NCBI GenBank assembly: GCA_905212085.1
Contig: CAJMDF010000001.1
Location: 16,912 to 80,911 of the forward strand
DNA: 64,000 bases
Reading direction: 5' to 3'
DNA from: an uncultured Clostridium sp.
GTDB taxonomy: Bacteria > Cyanobacteriota > Vampirovibrionia > Gastranaerophilales > Gastranaerophilaceae
Part shown: one piece after another, positions 57,487-64,000 of the stretch
Layout: each line of letters starts with the position of its first letter
How positions within the stretch are numbered: the first letter of the stretch is position 1
Program-made: the position numbers and the translations under genes
The notes under the pieces: model-generated
The model's database searches: none
Seen by the model: the letters and a program-made list of their open reading frames with translations, nothing else
Told to the model about the DNA's origin: nothing

Positions 57487-58704
57487 TTATGCAGCTTGTG
57501 CCGGTGCTTCTTGCGGTTTTAATTCCGGTTGAGGTTTAGCTGCTGCTGTTGTTTGATTTTGTTCTGCAGCAGGTAATTGATCTAATTTTGCAAGAGCTGC
57601 TGTTGCTGCTTCCTGAACATTTTTATCTTGGTCGTTCTTAGCGATTGTGAATAATGTTGTCAGGTCTTGTTTGTAAGCTGGTTGTTGAATATAGCTTAGT
57701 GCTTCGATTGCTGATGTTCTAACCATTGGGTTAGGGTTGTTTTTCAATTGTTCAACAATTGTAACAGCTCCAGGTAATTCAGTTAGAGGAACTGTAGAGC
57801 CTGTTAATTTAGCTACTTCATCACCATATAGTTTTTGCATTATTGATGATGTGAACATTGCATAGCTTTTATTTCTTTCAGATTGTTCCATCGGAGTGAT
57901 TGTTGTTGCTAATTTTTTATCAGCATCTGAAAGTTGTTCACCTTTCATTAATTTTTGTCTTGCAGCTATTTGTTCAGCTGTGGGTCCTGCTAATTTGCTT
58001 GAATCATTATTTACAATTGTATTTAAAGCGTTAACAACTTTTTCATCTAATAATTCAGTAGCTTTTTGAGGTTCGTCTTTTACCATGTTTGCAATTTCTT
58101 CCATTGCATTTGCTTGAACTTCAAAGTCTGGGTTTGTCAATTTTGCTATGAAAGAATTTAAATCAACTTGTGGAGTCATTGGAACAGGTTGTTCAATTTC
58201 AACTTTAGGAGTTTCTGCAGGTTTTTGTTCTGCTACTGCAGGTGCTTTAGGTGCTTCAGCAGGTTGTGTTACAACCGGAGCTGGTGCATTATAGTTTTGT
58301 TGAATTACTTGTTGAGGAACAACTTGTTGAGCTACTGCAGGTTCAATCGCTTGAGGTTGAGGAGCAGGAGCTACTGGTTGAGTTTGAACTGGAGCTGGAG
58401 CTTGTGGCTGTTGAGCTACAGGACATGGTGGGCAGACATATTGTTGTTGTGGAGGCATGTAATAAGGTTGAGCCTGTGTCTGCGGATAATCATATAATTG
58501 AGCTTGTGGGTATGAATAATATGGCATTGTAGGTGCTGCATATTGAGGAACATTCATTGCAACTTGTCCTACCCCAGGTGCGCTCACTGAAGGATTGTGT
58601 ACGTCAATCTTTACAGCATTGTAATTAGGTGCAGGTAATGGTTGTGTCATATACTGCATTTGGGGTTGCATGTAAGGATTTACTAAATTTGGAGCTTGAA
58701 TCAT
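57487..58704 (-). CDS. P/Q/A/Y-rich low-complexity protein with C-terminal HEAT (PBS-lyase-like) repeats
   Basis: N-terminal 170 aa dominated by P, Q, A, Y. C-terminal repeats (NPMVRTSAIEALSYI; NVQEAATAALAKL). Confidence 0.4.
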   Translation of the reverse strand: MIQAPNLVNPYMQPQMQYMTQPLPAPNYNAVKIDVHNPSVSAPGVGQVAMNVPQYAAPTMPYYSYPQAQLYDYPQTQAQPYYMPPQQQYVCPPCPVAQQPQAPAPVQTQPVAPAPQPQAIEPAVAQQVVPQQVIQQNYNAPAPVVTQPAEAPKAPAVAEQKPAETPKVEIEQPVPMTPQVDLNSFIAKLTNPDFEVQANAMEEIANMVKDEPQKATELLDEKVVNALNTIVNNDSSKLAGPTAEQIAARQKLMKGEQLSDADKKLATTITPMEQSERNKSYAMFTSSIMQKLYGDEVAKLTGSTVPLTELPGAVTIVEQLKNNPNPMVRTSAIEALSYIQQPAYKQDLTTLFTIAKNDQDKNVQEAATAALAKLDQLPAAEQNQTTAAAKPQPELKPQEAPAQAA

Positions 58705-58900
58705 TTAATTTCTTCCTTTCAATAAAATATCTTCTATATTTTTATTCTACTGTTTAAATATCCCTCAAGATAGAAAATTGCTAAAATTAAAAAATTTTTT
58801 AATAATTCTTAACAAAATCAGTCTAAAATTTACATTTTCCAATAATTTATGTTTATGCTATAATATTGATGTAACACAGATGAGTGGGATGTATATAAAT

Positions 58901-59869
58901 ATGATTATAGATAAAAATAATAGAAAATCTATTAGATCAGTATTTGGTAAAACATTAGCGGAATTAGGAAAATCTAATCCAAACATTGTCGTATTAGATG
59001 CGGATTTGTCATGCTCTACTCAGACTCAAATATTTGCCAAAGAGTTCCCTGAAAGATTTTTTAACTGTGGAATTGCGGAACAAGATATGATTACAACAGC
59101 AGTAGGGTTAGCATCTGTTGGTAAAATCCCTTTTGCTTCAAGTTTTGCTATGTTTGTAACTGGCAGGACGTATGATCAAATAAGAAATTCTGTTTGTTAT
59201 CCGGAATTTAACGTGAAAATTGTGGGTACTCACGGTGGTGTTACTGTAGGAGAAGATGGGGCTAGCCATCAGGCATTAGAGGATATTTCACTAATGCGTG
59301 GAATCCCTAATATGTCTGTTATTGTTCCAGCTGATTGCAGAGAATGTGAACAAGTAATTAAATTTGCTGCAGAAAACTATGGCCCAATGTATATAAGAAT
59401 CCCAAGAACAAATGTATGTGATATCTTTGATGAAAATTATGAATTTGATTTTTGTAAAGCAAGAGTTCTTGAGGATGGTACAGATGTTACTATTATTACT
59501 AATGGCGAAACTTTAGCTGAAGTAATTGAAGCATGTGAAAATTTGAAAAAATCAGGTTATTCTGCTCAAATTATTCATGTTCCTGTTGTAAAACCTCTTG
59601 ACGGGGCTACAATTATTGAAAATGTAAAGAAAACAAGGTTTGTAATGACAGTTGAAAATCACTCAATTACAGGCGGTTTAGGCAGTGCAGTTTGTGAGTT
59701 GCTTGCTGAATATTATCCATTACCGGTTCATAGAATTGGTGTAAATGATAATTTCGGGCAAAGCGGAAAATGGGATTTTCTGCTTGATTATTATGGCTTG
59801 AGTTCTGAAAAGCTTACAATAACAATAAAAAAATATATCGATAAATATCGTCTTATTCAATCGATATAG
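58901..59869 (+). CDS. Transketolase, C-terminal (pyrimidine-binding) subunit. Start is probably MIIDKNN, since the called ORF is extended
   Basis: About 320 aa. No N-terminal subunit gene adjacent. Confidence 0.75.
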   Translation: MIIDKNNRKSIRSVFGKTLAELGKSNPNIVVLDADLSCSTQTQIFAKEFPERFFNCGIAEQDMITTAVGLASVGKIPFASSFAMFVTGRTYDQIRNSVCYPEFNVKIVGTHGGVTVGEDGASHQALEDISLMRGIPNMSVIVPADCRECEQVIKFAAENYGPMYIRIPRTNVCDIFDENYEFDFCKARVLEDGTDVTIITNGETLAEVIEACENLKKSGYSAQIIHVPVVKPLDGATIIENVKKTRFVMTVENHSITGGLGSAVCELLAEYYPLPVHRIGVNDNFGQSGKWDFLLDYYGLSSEKLTITIKKYIDKYRLIQSI

Positions 59870-59926
59870 ATTAAAATTAAATCCAAAGTATTGAAATATA
59901 CGGGATGAAAAAGATAAGGAAAAATT

Positions 59927-60604
59927 ATGATTCAATTTAGATCAGTTACAAAAAAATACAAAAATGATCATTATGCATTGAAAAATATTAATTTAGATAT
60001 TCTTTCGGGTGAATTTGTATTTATTGTAGGGGCTTCTGGTGCTGGGAAATCAACATTGATGAAGCTTTTATATAATGAAGAACGTCCTACTAGCGGAACT
60101 GTAACTATTGGCGGTATTAATATCGCAAATCTTTCAAATGATAAAGTTCCAAATTTAAGAAGATGTATGGGAATTGTTTTTCAGGATTATAAATTGTTAC
60201 AAAACATGAGTGTATATGATAATGTTGCTTATGTTATCAGAACTTTAGGAATTAGTTCAAAAGAGATTAATGCTCGTGTATCTGGAGCATTAAAAATAGT
60301 AGGTTTGTACGATAAAATGAATGCTACCCCTTCTGAATTATCAGGTGGAGAACAACAAAGAGTAGGAATTGCTCGTGCTATTGTGAATGGTCCTCCTCTA
60401 TTAATTGCAGATGAACCTACCGGAAACTTGGATCCTAAAAACTCAATGGAAATTATGCAAATTTTGGATCAAATTAATCAACGCGGAATTACTGTTATCG
60501 TATCTACTCATGATAATGCAATGGTAGATTATTTTAGAAAAAGAGTTATTACTCTTGATAAAGGTGAAATTGTAAGGGATATACAAGCAGGTACTTATGA
60601 ATAG
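59927..60604 (+). CDS. ftsE: Cell division ATP-binding protein FtsE
   Basis: Walker A GASGAGKST, LSGGEQQRVGIARA, Walker B LLIADEP. Confidence 0.85.
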   Translation: MIQFRSVTKKYKNDHYALKNINLDILSGEFVFIVGASGAGKSTLMKLLYNEERPTSGTVTIGGINIANLSNDKVPNLRRCMGIVFQDYKLLQNMSVYDNVAYVIRTLGISSKEINARVSGALKIVGLYDKMNATPSELSGGEQQRVGIARAIVNGPPLLIADEPTGNLDPKNSMEIMQILDQINQRGITVIVSTHDNAMVDYFRKRVITLDKGEIVRDIQAGTYE

Positions 60605-61505
60605 TTCAAAAACTCAAATAAAAAAACAAGTAAAAAAGCATATTCCAAAAGATTGGTTATGCGAATTAAGAATATTATATCGTTTAACAAAGCAGACAAT
60701 ACTTGATGTTCATAGGACAGGTATTGTTAATTTGGTAATTATTACGACAATGGCTGCTATTTTAACAATATTTGGATCATTTTTTAGATCAGCTTTATCG
60801 ATTTCATCTTTTGCTCATGAATTAGGTAATGTATTAGAAATATCTGTTTATTTAAAAGAAAATTCAGATGCTAATGTTGTAAAAAATAGAATAAAAGAAT
60901 TCCAGCATGTTGAAAATGTTACAATTATACCAAAAGCTTCCTCTTGGGCTAATTTAAAACGAGAAATGGATTTGCCTGATATTGAAAATCCTTTACCTGA
61001 TACATTACACGTAAAAGTTGATAAGCCTGAAAATATAGAAGAAGTATTCAAAAATGTCAAACAGTTAAAATCTGTTGAAGATATGAGTTATGCTCAAGAT
61101 TTAGCTAAAAAAATTGAGGCCTTAAATCATATTGTAAATATGATAACAGTATTTGTAGTTATAATAATGGGTATTTTAACTATAACGATTATAAACAATA
61201 CAATCCAGTTGGTAATTCAATCAAGAAAAGAAGAAATTGAAATTATGAGATTAATGGGTGTATCAAACTGGTATATAAGATTCCCATTAATTATGCAAGG
61301 TGCTTTTTATGGCTTTTCTGGGGCTGTAATTGCTTTGTTACCTTTAAATTTTGTTCAAAACGGTCTGAATCATATGCATCAGTTCTTTATGGTGCCAACA
61401 CCTTTGCATGCTCAGAATTTTGTAATAGCAGTAATGTTTACTATGGCAATATTGTTTGGTGCCGGAGGTAGTTTCCTTTGTATCAAAAAACATTTGCAGG
61501 TATAA
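60597..61505 (+). CDS. ftsX: Cell division permease FtsX
   Basis: 302 aa. 4 TM helices with a large extracytoplasmic loop. Overlaps ftsE. Confidence 0.8.
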   Translation: MNSSKTQIKKQVKKHIPKDWLCELRILYRLTKQTILDVHRTGIVNLVIITTMAAILTIFGSFFRSALSISSFAHELGNVLEISVYLKENSDANVVKNRIKEFQHVENVTIIPKASSWANLKREMDLPDIENPLPDTLHVKVDKPENIEEVFKNVKQLKSVEDMSYAQDLAKKIEALNHIVNMITVFVVIIMGILTITIINNTIQLVIQSRKEEIEIMRLMGVSNWYIRFPLIMQGAFYGFSGAVIALLPLNFVQNGLNHMHQFFMVPTPLHAQNFVIAVMFTMAILFGAGGSFLCIKKHLQV

Positions 61506-61509
61506 TTAG

Positions 61510-62745
61510 ATGAATGATAAAAATAATATACTATTAATTTCAGATGATATAAATTTATCAAAGGTTATTGAAGCAAAATTAATTTTTTTGAGATCAAATG
61601 ATTTTATTATTTTGTCTGGATATAATGATGCAATTTCAAAATTGAAATATACTAATGCGGATATTGTCTTAATTCATGAAAATTCTTCTAAAAATGCAAC
61701 TATTGACTTAATAAAAAAGATAAGAGAATTTAAAAATGTATGTATTATATTTATTGCAAATTCATATGACAAAGATATGATTTTAGCTTGTTATGATGCA
61801 GGGATAAATGATTTTACTTTTTATACAGCAGATGATTTTGAATTAGTTATAAGAACAGTTAATAATATAAAACATAATTCTATAAAGTTAGAATCTTACA
61901 GGTATGTACAATTATTAGAACAGCTAAATGTAATAGATGAATTAACAGGTTTGTATAATTATAATTATTCAAAACAAGTTATTGAAAATTATATCGATGA
62001 TAATTTGTTAGATGACGGTGTCTTTTTGGCAATATCACCATCTGAAAATAGTAAAACAAAATTTTCTGTAGAGAATATGGCAAAAGCAATTTTAGCATCT
62101 ATTAGGGTTGATGATATTGCAACATTAGGACGTGGTGCAAAATTTTATATTCTTTTACCTAAGACAGATGTGGATGGTGCTATTGTTGTTTTAAATAAAA
62201 TAAAAGAAAATTATGGTGATAATTTCGAGATATGTGGAGGAATATCTAATATTTCTCATAAATCTTTTGAGGCTATGGAACATGGAGCTTTGCAGTCACT
62301 TTCTGATGCTATAGCTACTAATACTCAATATGTAGTTGCACAAGAAAAAGAAGAAAATACTTTAGATGATTGGCTTGTAAGTGATGATGACGAGCCTAAA
62401 AATTATAAAATATTTAGGCAAATTTTTAATAAAAAAATGGAAAAAGTAATTGCTCCTGTGTTTTTTAGGTTGCAAAAAGCTTGGGAAGAAAAACTTTTTG
62501 ATACAGAGATTGACCAGTATACAGATAGTGAGCAATGTGTTTTTCACTTAAAAAATAAAAAACAAGATAGTATGTTGCGTATTGTATATCCGGGGTTTGC
62601 AAAAATCGTTATTTATATTACGCATGAAGGTCTTGACAGCCCTGAGAATAAAGAAATTCAACTATCATTAACTAAAATAAGTCAAAAAGAACTTATTACG
62701 ATTGTGGAAGATTTTATAAAAGATTTTAAATATACATCAGCTTAA
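61510..62745 (+). CDS. Degenerate receiver plus degenerate GGDEF-like domain protein
   Basis: REC-like N-terminus lacking the canonical phospho-Asp context. DELTGLYN start of a GGDEF fold, but no GG(D/E)EF motif. Confidence 0.45.
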   Translation: MNDKNNILLISDDINLSKVIEAKLIFLRSNDFIILSGYNDAISKLKYTNADIVLIHENSSKNATIDLIKKIREFKNVCIIFIANSYDKDMILACYDAGINDFTFYTADDFELVIRTVNNIKHNSIKLESYRYVQLLEQLNVIDELTGLYNYNYSKQVIENYIDDNLLDDGVFLAISPSENSKTKFSVENMAKAILASIRVDDIATLGRGAKFYILLPKTDVDGAIVVLNKIKENYGDNFEICGGISNISHKSFEAMEHGALQSLSDAIATNTQYVVAQEKEENTLDDWLVSDDDEPKNYKIFRQIFNKKMEKVIAPVFFRLQKAWEEKLFDTEIDQYTDSEQCVFHLKNKKQDSMLRIVYPGFAKIVIYITHEGLDSPENKEIQLSLTKISQKELITIVEDFIKDFKYTSA

Positions 62746-62765
62746 TAAATAGTAAAGGAGATAAC

Positions 62766-63311
62766 ATGAATACATTATCAGCAGAAAATAGTTTAGTATT
62801 AATAATTGATATACAAGAAAGATTAGTTGCTGCATTAAATAAAGATGTAATTGTAGATAATGCTGTAAAAATTGCAAGTGCAGCTAAATCATTAGGTATC
62901 CCTGTAATTTTAACAGAACAATATCCAAAAGGTTTAGGGCATACTGTTCAACAATTAACTGATGCATTACCTGATAATAGTGAAATCGTTGAAAAAACAT
63001 ATTTTAATGCGTTATTAGAAGATGGGATGTTAGAAAAAATTAAATCATATGGTAAAAAACAAATTGTAATTTTTGGGATTGAAACTCATATTTGTGTTCA
63101 TCAAACTGCATCAGCTCTTATTGAAGCAGGTTTTGATGTATATGTAATTAAGGATGCATGTGCAAGCAGAGCTAAATATGAATTTAAACAAGGTATTGAT
63201 GCAATGGTTGCAAATGGAGCTAAAATATCATGTGTTGAAATTGCATTGTTTGAATGGTTAAAGGGAGCTAAAAATCCAAAGTTTAAAGAAGTTCAGGCTT
63301 TGATTAAATAG
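62766..63311 (+). CDS. Isochorismatase-family cysteine hydrolase
   Basis: 181 aa. LVLIIDIQERL N-terminus typical of the isochorismatase fold. Confidence 0.65.
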   Translation: MNTLSAENSLVLIIDIQERLVAALNKDVIVDNAVKIASAAKSLGIPVILTEQYPKGLGHTVQQLTDALPDNSEIVEKTYFNALLEDGMLEKIKSYGKKQIVIFGIETHICVHQTASALIEAGFDVYVIKDACASRAKYEFKQGIDAMVANGAKISCVEIALFEWLKGAKNPKFKEVQALIK

Positions 63312-64000
63312 ATTTTATATCTAATTTAATTTGATTTTTTAACGCATCGAGAGAAGGAAATTTTTTCTCGGTGCGTATCATTTTATTGAAATTGACATTT
63401 ATAATTTCTCCATAGATGTCTTTTTGAAAGTTTAAAATATGTACTTCTAAAGTTGCATATGAGCCATTGATTGTCGGTCTTATCCCAAAGTTTGCTATTC
63501 CTTTTCCATATGTTGTATTTACTGAATAGACTCCATATGGAAGTTCTATAAGTTCTGGGGGATAAACTAGGTTTGCTGTTCTAAATCCTATTGTCCTGCC
63601 TATTTGATTCCCTTTGACTACTTCTCCTTCGATTGAGAATTTTTGTCCAAGCATTATGTTTGCTTTTTCAATATCTCCTTTATTAAGAAGTTTTCTTATT
63701 TCTGTACTGCTAATTATTTCATCATCTATTTTTTGAGGAGGTATTTTAAAGTATTTATAGTTATATTTAGTTGCTTCTTCTGCTAAAAAGTTAATATTTC
63801 CTGATTTATTTTTTCCAAAATTGTGATTCCAACCAGTAGAGATTGATATTGGGTGAAAATAATTTATCAGTATATTATTTAAGTATTCTTGTGCTGTTAA
63901 ATTTGCAAAATTTTCAAAGTTTAGTTCATATAAATAATCAACACCTAGAGATGCAATTCTTTTTTCTCTTTCTTTTCTTGTGAGAATATATTTCGGGCAA
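63304..64000 (-). CDS. ribF: Bifunctional riboflavin kinase/FAD synthetase, partial (5' end beyond the window)
   Basis: Riboflavin kinase C-terminal domain (GRTIGFRTAN...LEVHILNF). The same frame stays open upstream to the window edge and encodes FAD-synthetase-like sequence. Confidence 0.8.
   Translation of the reverse strand, partial: CPKYILTRKEREKRIASLGVDYLYELNFENFANLTAQEYLNNILINYFHPISISTGWNHNFGKNKSGNINFLAEEATKYNYKYFKIPPQKIDDEIISSTEIRKLLNKGDIEKANIMLGQKFSIEGEVVKGNQIGRTIGFRTANLVYPPELIELPYGVYSVNTTYGKGIANFGIRPTINGSYATLEVHILNFQKDIYGEIINVNFNKMIRTEKKFPSLDALKNQIKLDIKSI

Noticed and set aside
1-64000. CRISPR arrays, IS elements, integrases, tRNA/rRNA genes
   Set aside because: No regularly spaced direct repeats, no transposase/integrase-like ORFs, no tRNA-like cloverleaf candidates and no rRNA-like regions. 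All large ORFs are accounted for by protein-coding calls.

Overview
This is an AT-rich (roughly 30% GC) bacterial chromosomal window that is densely coding on both strands. It contains no rRNA, tRNA, CRISPR array, transposase or integrase. Most genes are housekeeping. Minus-strand run near the start: yebC, a GGDEF cyclase, tsaE, tsaB. Plus-strand run: rph, an ALS-like TPP enzyme, nanE, a nanK-like ROK kinase, a UbiA prenyltransferase, lysA, cdaA. Another plus-strand run: a pgpH-like 7TM-HD protein, ybeY, dgkA. Remaining housekeeping genes: mazG, a DapL-like aminotransferase, MlaF/MlaE-like ABC components, glnA, a GH38 mannosidase, scattered flagellar genes (fliJ, fliK, a flgG-like rod protein, fliA, flhB), deoC, metF, a SulP permease, a PGM-family enzyme, two plsC paralogs, a transketolase C-terminal subunit, ftsE, ftsX, and a partial ribF at the 3' edge. 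The content points to a diderm, flagellated, low-GC organism; the Mla-like transporter, ArnT/ArnC-like pair, prepilin-type proteins, DapL and PBS-lyase-like HEAT repeats suggest a Melainabacteria/cyanobacteria-related or similar lineage, but I cannot confirm this from sequence alone.

The strongest unexplained signal is two paralogous prepilin-type genes (about 30.6 kb and 52.7 kb). They share a near-identical promoter and leader, a 33-codon upstream ATG ORF, and a G10 homopolymer. The upstream ORF is exactly one G short of being fused in frame to the pilin-like body, which is the signature of a slipped-strand phase-variation switch. A third, degenerate member of the same Cys-rich family sits at 11.0 kb.

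Other items worth a look: a standalone OLD-type TOPRIM protein plus a papain-like peptidase and a 5'-nucleotidase wedged between flagellar genes; two tandem HNH-motif paralogs at the window start; a divergent ArnT/ArnC-like glycosyltransferase pair next to two novel K/N-rich membrane proteins; a CA-rich candidate sRNA with a GNRA-hairpin/U9 terminator upstream of glnA; tandem small secreted coiled-coil paralogs; a Tyr/Asn-rich secreted protein; and a degenerate REC-GGDEF gene after ftsEX.

A note on positions: the tract coordinates and the fusion-frame arithmetic were read from the sequence by eye and should be recounted (one tract appears as 11 G in the printed line, but the ORF-track translation requires 10).
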